From Nitrospinota bacterium (GTDB lineage: Bacteria > 2-12-FULL-45-22 > JACOWJ01): a stretch of DNA of 64,000 bases. Of this stretch, positions 1 to 8,606 are shown one piece after another. The stretch spans positions 3,397 through 67,396 of the forward strand of contig JACOWJ010000029.1 in assembly GCA_016176845.1 (NCBI GenBank), written 5' to 3'. The position numbers and the translations under genes were made by a program. Under the pieces are notes generated by a model. The model made no database searches. It was not told the DNA's origin and was given only the letters and a program-made list of their open reading frames with translations. Numbering within the stretch: position 1 is the stretch's first letter; each line of letters opens with the position of its first letter.

Positions 1-789
1 GAAGTAGGTGCGGCAGAAGTACTTGCCGAAGTCGGTCGGGCCGATGCGCAGCCAGTGTTCCCCGAGCTTTCTGGCGTGGTACTCGTGGGCCCGGCGGTAC
101 TCCGAGAGGCTGGGCTCCAGGTGCTGGAGGTTCTTGCCGAACCCGATCCCCTTCAAGGAGCAGATGCAGACGTAGCGCATCCCGATCTCGTCGATGAGCC
201 AGTCGAGCGTCTCCTCGATCGTCTCGATGATCGGCTTGCTCAGCGTGATCACCCCCATCAGCTTGTCCAGCGGGAAGCCCGCCTCTTGCAGGTAGCGGAA
301 CCCGCGGATCTTCTGCTCCAGGGTCCGAGGAGCGGTGTGGACCTGGTCGTACACCTCTTGCCGCAGGGTATCCAGGTGGGTGACCAGGAGCGAGAGGCCA
401 CTCTCCGATAGGCGACACAACCTCCTGGCCGTCTCCTGGTTGATCATGATGTTGATGTCGATCCCGACCGTCAACCCCTTTTCCACGGCGTACAGGGTCA
501 GGTCGAACCAATCGGGATGCAGGAGGGGATCTCCGCCGGTATAGAGGACCTCTCGCACGCCGAGCGCGACCGCTTGATCGATCAGCTTGCGGACCAGGTC
601 AGCCGGCAGAGTCTGGCTGTCCTTGGCGTCGGTGGAGCTGGCGAAGCAAAAGGAACAGCTGCCGGCGCAGCGGCTGGTCAGCTCGATGCACATCATCTCC
701 GCCGTGCCCTTCTCCTCGCACTCCATCCGCTCTGGGGGAAGGACCAGCTTGTTGAACATCGGATCGCTGCAGGAAGCTGCAAAGACCAT
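1..789 (-). CDS. Radical SAM protein, 3' end outside window
   Basis: Manual translation from ATG at 789 (RBS AAGGAGG): MVFAASC...IELTSRCAGSCSFC...LYTGGDPLL. Contains CxxxCxxC and a GGDP motif; open to position 1. Absent from the ORF track. Confidence 0.9.
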   Translation of the reverse strand, partial: MVFAASCSDPMFNKLVLPPERMECEEKGTAEMMCIELTSRCAGSCSFCFASSTDAKDSQTLPADLVRKLIDQAVALGVREVLYTGGDPLLHPDWFDLTLYAVEKGLTVGIDINIMINQETARRLCRLSESGLSLLVTHLDTLRQEVYDQVHTAPRTLEQKIRGFRYLQEAGFPLDKLMGVITLSKPIIETIEETLDWLIDEIGMRYVCICSLKGIGFGKNLQHLEPSLSEYRRAHEYHARKLGEHWLRIGPTDFGKYFCRTYF

Positions 790-994
790 AATCACGTCCT
801 CCTTTCTTAGGGCGTATGGGTAGGGAGCTCTCTGCTCCCAGACCGTGGATTGGCGGCTGACTGGGGCATTGCTCGGATTCGCTTTCACTCGAAACTTATG
901 CATCTCCCAGGGAGCTTGAACTGGAAATCGACAGGCGGCAGCGGGGCAGATTCGGGAAAGACTAAGGAGAATCGGGTTCAGTGTGGCATCCTCC

Positions 995-1028
995 TTATCT
1001 CACCCTGGCGATATTTTGTCAACAGTTT
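995..1028 (-). promoter_or_regulatory. Putative sigma70-type promoter (TTGACA-N17-GATAAG, extended TG)
   Basis: AAACTGTTGACAAAA...GTGAGATAA on the minus strand; a matching copy lies at 7626-7659. Confidence 0.5.
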
Positions 1029-1133
1029 CTTTGCTGTGCGACCCCCAATTGTCCTTGTCATTCTCCCCCGAATTCGCTATCCTGAAATGGTTCATCTCCA
1101 GGAGCATGAAGTCCCAAAAAGAGGAGATCTTGC

Positions 1134-1272
1134 TAGTACACATTGGCGGAAATGATTCTCTGGTTCTTGCTTCCCTGGGATTGCTTCGCTGCGCTCGCAA
1201 TGACAGGGACAGGTCATTGCGAGCGCAGCGAAGCAATCTAAACCAGCGAGAAACTTGCGCCAAGGTGTACTA
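1134..1272. mobile_element. MITE family A with internal RPE/REP-like hairpin
   Basis: Terminal inverted repeats TAGTACACATTGGCG / CGCCAAGGTGTACTA; internal palindrome GATTGCTTCGCTGCGCTCGCAATGAC...GTCATTGCGAGCGCAGCGAAGCAATC. A second, inverted copy is at 36246-36391. Confidence 0.8.
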
Positions 1273-1457
1273 GCGGAGGCCAACGTGGTGAGAGCCCGCT
1301 ACCCCCAGTGGACATCAACCACATCCATACGGACGGCAGACGGACCTGTACGACCTCCTGGTAGGCTATCGGCCTCTGGATGCCACCCAAGGCTCTGGGA
1401 GGCATCCGGCAGCACCAGGGTAGAGGAAGGCTTCTATAAGGTATGATAAAGGCATGG

Positions 1458-2155
1458 ATGCGGCTATTTAGATTAACATTTTTGGCTTAAATTGTCTTTT
1501 TAATATCCCCAAATGATATATTATTTGCGAAAGACGCCCCTATAGTTATCAATACATTTCCAAAAAACGGTGAAGATAAAGTAAGTGTGGCCTTGTCCGA
1601 AATAGTCGTTGAATTTAATCGTCCTCTGCAGAAAAGAGTAATGATGAATTCCTTTTCAGAGTTATCAAGCACGAATACACCCATTTTCTAATCCGTGAAA
1701 AAATTGGAAAATATGAGATTCCCATGTGGCTAGATGAAGGCCTCGCTGAATATGTTGCGTACTCTCTTCCTCCTTTTGAGATGGAGAAAAGTTATTTGGG
1801 ATTTGGAGATATGTATTTTAGAGAAGCTATAAATAATAACGAATTAATAGATTGGGATATTTTATTTAGAACCGATAGAAGATACTTCTTAAGTTTGCCA
1901 GAAAAAGAGAGATCATATAAATTCCGATTGGCATATAGCCAGTGCTTCACATTTGTAAAATTTTTGATTGATACGTATGGTATTGAGAAACTTTTTAATT
2001 TACTTGAAATTTTTTCTCATAACGATAACTTGAAAGAAGTATTTGAAATAGTTTATGAAGAGGGGTTTGAAAAAATTGAGAAAAAATGGTTTGAATTGCA
2101 AAAAGCGCACCTTTCTTCCAAGATGAAGGCAGGCTGGCAAACGACCCCATTTTAA
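1458..2155 (+). pseudogene. Degraded secreted zinc metallopeptidase (Ig-like fragment plus peptidase MA/gluzincin domain)
   Basis: The signal-peptide-like start has an in-frame TAA, followed by an Ig-like fragment (PIVINTFPKNG...VEFNRP). A different frame gives HEYTH...PMWLDEGLAEY. AT-rich. Confidence 0.7.
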
Positions 2156-2182
2156 ACCCTGTTTGGCGGGAAGGAGGAAGGT

Positions 2183-2490
2183 ATGTACGGCTGGACCGGG
2201 ACCCTGCTGCGGGTCGATCTGTCCTCGGGAAGGATCGAAAAGGAGCCCCCGGATCGCGAGCTGGGGGCCAGCTACATCGGAGGAAGGGAGATCAATGCCC
2301 GGATCCTTTACGATGGGCATCGGCCGGACATCGATCCCCAACGGTTCGAGCAGATGCTCACGGAGTATTACCGGATGCGAGGCTGGGACGTGAAGACGGC
2401 CCCCCCCGCCGGGCCACCCTGGAGAGGCTGGGCCTGCGGGACGTAGCCGATGACCTGGAGCCCGGGGGATCGTCGTCAACAGTGGATGAC
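2183..2490 (+). pseudogene. Aldehyde:ferredoxin oxidoreductase remnant (N-terminus joined to C-terminus)
   Basis: MYGWTGTLLRVDLS (AOR N-terminus) is joined at IDP to FEQMLTEYYRMRGWD and a frameshifted TLERLGLRDVADDL (AOR C-terminus). Confidence 0.85.
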
Positions 2491-2568
2491 CCGGGCCATA
2501 GCTGCCCCGAGACGATGCTCAGCGTCCATGCCACGCGAATATGATCCCGGCGGGCAGCCTCGGGGTCA

Positions 2569-3291
2569 TCAGGACCTCTCGGAGCTAGGCTCCGGCGATG
2601 TGGCTTGCCCATCGATGAGCTGCCACACTTTCATCGTCCGGGCCAGATGCGCCGCCTTATCCGTAACCCTCTTTCCTGCCACTACCGGAAGGGCAGGGGT
2701 GCCGACTTTGGCCAAAAGCGCAGCCTTTCGTACCGCCCGCTCCACGTCTTGGGGGCCCACTCCCCACGAGACCTCCACCACTACGTAAACCTCGGCGCCG
2801 TCCTCCCGACGCCTCCCCCGAACCACAAGGTCGGCCCAGGTGACGTCCTCCGCCTCGGCTTCGGAGAGCTCTCCTCTCTCCACGGCTTCCTCAAGCAGGA
2901 AGGAAAGCGCCTCGGTGGAAAGCACCTGGGCCCTGCGGACCAGGCGAGCAAGGTAGGCAGGGGCCCTTTCGCGGTAGCGGCGCTCAAGGCTATCTCCTTT
3001 CAGCTCACCGACCTCATTGGTCAGGGTGTGAAGGGCTATGGTCAACTCCGCCACCTGTCCTTCGACCCGTCTTTGGGCCTCGGCCAGCTCCGCCACTCGC
3101 CCTTCGGTCCGTCTTTGGGCCTCGATGAGCTCTTGAAAACGCCGCTCGGTCTCGGCTCGAAGGCTGGCCACCTGCTCGGGGAGGGACAAAAGCTCGTCGG
3201 TGAGCACCAGGCGGCGAAGTTCCACCCGCCACTCGGGCCTCTCCTCTAAAATTCGGACCAGATCCCGAAATTCCTCTACCGTAAAGGGCAT
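2569..3291 (-). CDS. Coiled-coil protein with C-terminal PD-(D/E)xK-like domain
   Basis: MPFTVEEFRDLVRILEERPEWR start, heptad EAQRR repeats and a C-terminal ADLVVRG...VVVEVS motif. Confidence 0.75.
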   Translation of the reverse strand: MPFTVEEFRDLVRILEERPEWRVELRRLVLTDELLSLPEQVASLRAETERRFQELIEAQRRTEGRVAELAEAQRRVEGQVAELTIALHTLTNEVGELKGDSLERRYRERAPAYLARLVRRAQVLSTEALSFLLEEAVERGELSEAEAEDVTWADLVVRGRRREDGAEVYVVVEVSWGVGPQDVERAVRKAALLAKVGTPALPVVAGKRVTDKAAHLARTMKVWQLIDGQATSPEPSSERS

Positions 3292-3501
3292 CCTTCCTCT
3301 TCTCCGGACTGCCGTAACCATCGCCGCCCTTGTCCAGATGTTCCCCCTGCCCAGCGGCACCTGCGACTTCATCGGTGTGCTGAGATCATTCCGCAGCCCA
3401 ATCCTGCTCATATGCCTATTATAAGCCCTTTCAACTCTTTGTGCCAGTCCACCGAGGCCTTTCGAGCCGTTTTAGCCAGCACTGGCGACCGGCACCTCCT
3501 T

Positions 3502-4680
3502 CTAGCGGTCGATCTCCACCCCGCCGATCTGCCGCCGGACCTCGTCCCACAGCAGGGTATAGTTGGCGCAGCGGTAGCAGTTCAGCAGGCCCCGGCGGGA
3601 CCACTCCTCGGCGAGCACCTCCGGCAGGTGTCTCCCCATAATCCTCACCACCTTCTCGTTCACCTCCAGCATCCATTCGGGATAGGGGGCGCGGTGTCCC
3701 TCGAGCTTCGATCCCACCCCGACGAACCAGGGCTGCAGCAGCAGGACGATCCCCCGTTCGGCCAGGGACTGAGCCGCCTCGAAGTAGTGGACCTTCTCCT
3801 CCAACCCCAGGACTAACTGGGTGTAGACGTTGCCCTTGCCGAAGACGGTGACGGCATGGTCCAGGGCCCGCTCGTAGATGTCCCGCCCCAGGTTTTTGGC
3901 CTTCCCGGGGCAGAGGGCCTCGAACATGTTCCGGTCCCAGACCTCGATGTCGTAGACCACGCTGCGAGCCCCGGCCTCGTAGAGCCGCTCGTTCTCCGAG
4001 AGGTCACGGGGAGCGGCGATGTTGAGGCCGAAGGGGACGTCCTCCCGCCCGCTGTGCCTTTTCACCGCCTCCATGATGGCGATGCAGGCGTCGGAGACGC
4101 GGGTCCTCGGCAGGGAGCCGCCGGAGAGGATCAGGTGGATATAGGGCCTCTCCTTCAGGGCGGCGGCCGCCGTTTCGCCGATCTGGTCGGCCCGCTTGGA
4201 GGGAAGGATGGCGTCCTTATGGTGGTTGGCCGTGGCGTTGATGTTGCAAAAGCGGCACTGCAGGCCTCCCTCCCAGTTCATGCAGTAGTAGCTGAACATG
4301 ATGGCCCCGCAGCACTCCCCGATAAGGGGTATCACCTTGCGCATCTCCAGCCCATCGGAGGTGCACTGGCCGTAGTAAGCGGGCCGCTCGGTCCACTCGA
4401 CGGTGCTGACGAACCGGCCTTCCTTCTCCAGCACCAGCACGCCATCCTCCTTCCGGATGAGGTAGGGCGAGCGGGGGTCCACCCGGACGAATACCACCGA
4501 CCCCAGGGGGAACCGGATATCGCAGGGAAACGCGTGCTCCACGTACTCGGCGCAGTAGTCGAAGATGAGTGGGACGTTCTCCTTGTAGCGCTCTCCCACC
4601 CCCTCCAGGGCGGCTGGGTCCAGTCGCACCCCTTCCACCATCGCGCCCATCTTGGCCTCGATCTCTGGCGATAGGTCCAT
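3502..4680 (-). CDS. Radical SAM protein with extended Cx8Cx2C motif (biotin-synthase-like)
   Basis: CMNWEGGLQCRFC, LSGGS, CPGK and LVLGLE motifs; C-terminal CYRC; RBS AAGGAGG. Confidence 0.85.
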   Translation of the reverse strand: MDLSPEIEAKMGAMVEGVRLDPAALEGVGERYKENVPLIFDYCAEYVEHAFPCDIRFPLGSVVFVRVDPRSPYLIRKEDGVLVLEKEGRFVSTVEWTERPAYYGQCTSDGLEMRKVIPLIGECCGAIMFSYYCMNWEGGLQCRFCNINATANHHKDAILPSKRADQIGETAAAALKERPYIHLILSGGSLPRTRVSDACIAIMEAVKRHSGREDVPFGLNIAAPRDLSENERLYEAGARSVVYDIEVWDRNMFEALCPGKAKNLGRDIYERALDHAVTVFGKGNVYTQLVLGLEEKVHYFEAAQSLAERGIVLLLQPWFVGVGSKLEGHRAPYPEWMLEVNEKVVRIMGRHLPEVLAEEWSRRGLLNCYRCANYTLLWDEVRRQIGGVEIDR

Positions 4681-4847
4681 GGGTTCTCCTCCTTAAGGGC
4701 CCTTGTGTTTTCCGTTCGACGTGCACAGACGGGGGCTCATCTTATTCCCTTTCTCCGCGTCCTCTGCGATCTATGCGGTGAGCCTTCCCATTTTCAAGGC
4801 ATTCATGGGTAAGGACCCAGGGACGATGATTTCGGGATTTGCGGGGT

Positions 4848-5945
4848 TCATAAAGAGCTGTTCACCGAGCATTCCATATGAGGATTTTCGGCGTTGAAGG
4901 ACAGGCATTTGTTGCATTCGATGCACGGCACGATCTGATCCTTCTCGCCTCGAAGGCTCTTGCTCACAAATTCCGGATCGGCGATCAAGGCCCTGCAGAT
5001 CGCGACCAGGTCCGCACATCCCTCTTCCAGGGCCCTCTCCGCCCGGTCCAGATCCAGGATCTTGCCCACGCAAATCACCGGGATATTGACGCTCTCCTTG
5101 ATGCCCTTGGCTAATCGGAGATAGACGCCTTGATGGATCTTCTCGTCGCTATCAGCCATGTTGGATGCCACACTGCCCGATACATCGATCCCCGCAGCGC
5201 CGTTTTCCTCTAAAATCCGGGCGATCTCCTGGGCATCCTCCAGGTGCAGGCCGCCCTCTAAGAATTCATCCGCGCTGATTCGCACCAACAGGGGGAAGTC
5301 CTCTCCCACCTTCCCCCGGCTCTTCTTTAAGATGTTGACCACGAACCGGGCCCGGTCCTTCAAAGAGCCTCCGTAATGATCTTTCCGCTGGTTGGAGAGG
5401 GGGGATAAGAATTGATGGATCAGATATCCATGAGCGCCATGGAGCTCTACCATCCGGGCGCCCGCCTTCTTGGCCCTGAGGGCCGCTTCGGCGAAGGCGT
5501 CTTCCAGGTCTTCTACCTCGTTCCCGGCCAACTCCCTGACCTCTCCCCGCCATAGGGGACAGGGAATGGAGGAGGGGCCTACCTTCTTGAGCCCTCCAAC
5601 GATCTTCGACGAGGTCTGGCGCCCGGTATGGCCGATCTGGATGGCAGGCACCGACCCGGCCTCCCTGATGGAGGAAAACAGCTTCGAGAGGCCTGGAATG
5701 AACCGGTCATCGTAGATCATGGCGGAGTAAAAGGAGAATCGGCCTTCGGGAGAGACTGCGGTCGCGCCGGCAATCGTCAGGCCAACCTGGTTCTCGGCGA
5801 TCCGTTTATGGAAATGGATCAGCCGATCGGCAACCTCTCCATCTTTAGTGGCATAATTGTTCACCACCGCAGGGAAGACGATCCGATTGGGGAGATTAAC
5901 CCCTTTGATCTTCAAGGGGCTCATGAGCCTTGGATATTGGGACAT
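4848..5945 (-). CDS. NADH:flavin oxidoreductase (Old Yellow Enzyme family)
   Basis: LPNRIV, QIGHTGR, ELHGAHGYLIHQFLSPLSNQRKDHYGGS and the CIECNKC Fe-S motif. Confidence 0.92.
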   Translation of the reverse strand: MSQYPRLMSPLKIKGVNLPNRIVFPAVVNNYATKDGEVADRLIHFHKRIAENQVGLTIAGATAVSPEGRFSFYSAMIYDDRFIPGLSKLFSSIREAGSVPAIQIGHTGRQTSSKIVGGLKKVGPSSIPCPLWRGEVRELAGNEVEDLEDAFAEAALRAKKAGARMVELHGAHGYLIHQFLSPLSNQRKDHYGGSLKDRARFVVNILKKSRGKVGEDFPLLVRISADEFLEGGLHLEDAQEIARILEENGAAGIDVSGSVASNMADSDEKIHQGVYLRLAKGIKESVNIPVICVGKILDLDRAERALEEGCADLVAICRALIADPEFVSKSLRGEKDQIVPCIECNKCLSFNAENPHMECSVNSSL

Positions 5946-6068
5946 CTTCTTTTCCCTCCCGCTCGGCCTCGCTCGCCATAACAAGATCAGCCTTCCATGT
6001 CATTGCGAGAAGCGTTAGCGACGAAGCAATCTCAGTTCGGTTAAATAGACGGGATTCGCCTGAATTGC

Positions 6069-7436
6069 CTACTTCTCCACCAACTCCACCTCCACCTCTG
6101 CCCTTTGGGCGGCCAGCGCTCGGGCCTTCGCCTTCGCCGGCACCAGCCGGACCTTCCTGGGGCTGGCGACCCACATGGCCCCCGCAGCCAGGGCGACGCC
6201 CGCAATGGCCACCGCGAAGGCGACGTGGTAGCTCCCCGTGGTGTCGAACAGGTATCCGGAGAAGACCGGTCCGAGGGCGCCTCCAATGGCCACCCCGATA
6301 CCGGCAGAGCCGAAGATCCTGCCCAGGCTGGGTCCCTGGAACAGGTCGGCCATGACGGCGGTGATCAGAGGCTGGGCGATCCCATAGCTCAGCCCGAAGA
6401 GCAGGCTGAAGGCATAGAGGAGCCACAGCTGAGAGGGGTCGCTCACGGACATCAGCAACAGTATGGCAAGCATATTGCACAAGGCGCCCAGGGTATAGGT
6501 CATCTCTCTTCCGATGTAATCGGACAGGAACCCCCAGCCGAATTTCCCGAGCGTGCCCATCAGCCCCACCAGGGCAAAGGCGCTGCTGGCAACGGTAATG
6601 CTAAATCCCACATCCACGGCGTGTTGCACCTGGTGCATCATCACCGCATACAGGCCAAAAGGGAAGAACATCAGGTTCGCGACCACAGCCCAGAACCGGA
6701 GGGTCTTGAGGGCCTTCGTCAGAGTCCATTCCGTCTCCGCCCATTGGCGATCCACGATGGTCTCCACCTTTTTGGCCGGCCCTGTCCGGGGATCCTCCCT
6801 CCTGGCCTCTGGAACTTCCCTATCTCCATCGGGCAACAGCCCCATCTCTTCCGGACGGCGGCAGAGAAAGATGGCAGTCAGGGGGGTGATAACGAGGAGC
6901 GCGATGGAGCCCAGAATCGCATAGCCCCAACGGAAACCGTAATGTTGGATGACCCAAGGGAGCAACAGGCCAACGATGGCGAACATGCCAAAGCCGGTCC
7001 CCGAGGTGGCGGCTCCCGCCGCGGTGCCCCTCCTTCTCACGAACCAATTGGAGATCAGGGTACCCTGGGTAACATACCCCAGACAGGAGACCCCCAGGGC
7101 CGCTATGCCCGAGCAGAGGTACAGATGCCACAGCTGCGTAATCTGGCTGGTAGCGACCAGGCCCACAAACAGGAAGGCTGCGCCCGCCGGGAAGACGATT
7201 CGGGGACCATACCGGTCGAAGAGGCTCCCGGAGATGGGACTGGTAAAGCCATAAACGGAGATCACGATGGAAAAGGCCATATGGATGCCAGCCCGGCTCC
7301 AGCCGAACTCCTCTTCCAGCGCCACGGAGAATACGGAGAACGAATAACGCAAGGCGTAGGCGATGGCCATGCTGATAAAGGCGACGGCCACGATGACCCA
7401 TCCGTAAAAGATTCCCTGGCCTTCTTTCTCCTTCAT
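6069..7436 (-). CDS. MFS transporter (OFA/monocarboxylate-like)
   Basis: IFYGWVIVA, FGWSR, GSLFDRYGPR, NWFVRRRGTA and GFLSDYIGR; many TM helices. Confidence 0.92.
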   Translation of the reverse strand: MKEKEGQGIFYGWVIVAVAFISMAIAYALRYSFSVFSVALEEEFGWSRAGIHMAFSIVISVYGFTSPISGSLFDRYGPRIVFPAGAAFLFVGLVATSQITQLWHLYLCSGIAALGVSCLGYVTQGTLISNWFVRRRGTAAGAATSGTGFGMFAIVGLLLPWVIQHYGFRWGYAILGSIALLVITPLTAIFLCRRPEEMGLLPDGDREVPEARREDPRTGPAKKVETIVDRQWAETEWTLTKALKTLRFWAVVANLMFFPFGLYAVMMHQVQHAVDVGFSITVASSAFALVGLMGTLGKFGWGFLSDYIGREMTYTLGALCNMLAILLLMSVSDPSQLWLLYAFSLLFGLSYGIAQPLITAVMADLFQGPSLGRIFGSAGIGVAIGGALGPVFSGYLFDTTGSYHVAFAVAIAGVALAAGAMWVASPRKVRLVPAKAKARALAAQRAEVEVELVEK

Positions 7437-7625
7437 GGCAGGTCCCTCCTTCCTCCGGAAATGGTCCTGGTCGATGACCTCCCGGCGGCCTTGAAATTGA
7501 CAGTATGCAACGTGGAACGGGTTCGGTACAGAGAAGCGAACGGGCTGAAACAGAACAGGAGAAGGACCGGCGCAGCCAAACTGGAGCATCCGTCAAGAGA
7601 AGGGGTAGGGGTCAGCCCCAGATCT

Positions 7626-7659
7626 TTATCTCACTCTCTCCCTCTTTTGTCAACAGTTT
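7626..7659 (-). promoter_or_regulatory. Putative promoter of the MFS-OYE-radical SAM operon
   Basis: TTGACA-N17-GATAAA; same flanking words as 995-1028. Confidence 0.5.
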
Positions 7660-7847
7660 TGTCAGGCCAGACAAAGGGGGGGGGTGAGTATTCCAGATGG
7701 CTGCAGTAAAGGGGTAGACCCGGAGAGATTTCACTTGAGGAGTAAGGCGCTGTCGTGCTAGAGTAAATACCTGGGAAAATAGAAGAAGCCATAGACGACT
7801 TGGCTGAAAGGGCTGTAGATCGTATGGAAGCCCACGGGAGGAAGATC

Positions 7848-8405
7848 ATGAACACCGTGCGACGCGAGACCCCATTGCCCTCAGGGCAATGGATCCGGAT
7901 CGTGGAGGGGGATCTCACCCAAGAGGCCGTGGATGCCATCGTGAACGCGGCCAACGAGCGGCTCCAGCACGGGGGAGGAGTGGCGGGCGTCATCGTGCGC
8001 AAAGGGGGCCGGGTCATCCAGGAAGAAAGCAACCGGATCGGATACGTCCCAACCGGTTCCGCCGCCATCACCACGGGCGGGGCCCTGCCCGCCCGGCACG
8101 TCATCCACGCCGTAGGGCCCATCTGGGGCTCCGGGGACGAAGATAACAAGCTCATCTCCGCCATCCGGAGCAGCCTCCTCCTGGCTGAACAGCATGGACT
8201 CTCATCGATATCGTTTCCGGCCATCTCCTCGGGGATCTTCGGGTTCCCCAAGGACCGTTGCGCGCGCCTTCTGCTGGAGAGCACCCGGGACTTCTTGACC
8301 GATAACCCCTCTTCCCATGTCCGGGAGGTGCGCTTCTGCCTGTTCGATTCGCCCACGCTGGATGAGTTTATTACGGCCTTCGACAAGTTAGCTCAAAGCT
8401 CGTAG
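7848..8405 (+). CDS. Macro domain protein (ADP-ribose binding/hydrolase, YmdB-like)
   Basis: GDLTQEAVDAIVNAAN..LQHGGGVAG, VIHAVGP and FPAISSGIFGFP. Confidence 0.93.
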   Translation: MNTVRRETPLPSGQWIRIVEGDLTQEAVDAIVNAANERLQHGGGVAGVIVRKGGRVIQEESNRIGYVPTGSAAITTGGALPARHVIHAVGPIWGSGDEDNKLISAIRSSLLLAEQHGLSSISFPAISSGIFGFPKDRCARLLLESTRDFLTDNPSSHVREVRFCLFDSPTLDEFITAFDKLAQSS

Positions 8406-8536
8406 CTCATAGCTCATAGAGGGTTTAGCTCCGAGCTGAGAAAGGTAATTCCTATACGCTTAAATTACCCCCCCTTGCCCCCCCTTCGTAAGGGGGGGGT
8501 GGGGGGGTTCTTGGCTGAAAACGGAAATTCCTATAC
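8384..8536 (+). mobile_element. Two tandem miniature elements with IS91-like ends
   Basis: CAAGTTAG...heptamer repeats...GGTAATTCCTATAC (8384-8457), then TAAATTA...C/G hairpin...GGAAATTCCTATAC (8461-8536). Confidence 0.6.
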
Positions 8537-8606
8537 CTTAGATTTATGAATAATACAGGTTGAGTGAACAGCCGGCGAAGGAAGAAAAAAGGAGGAGGAT
8601 ACTCCC

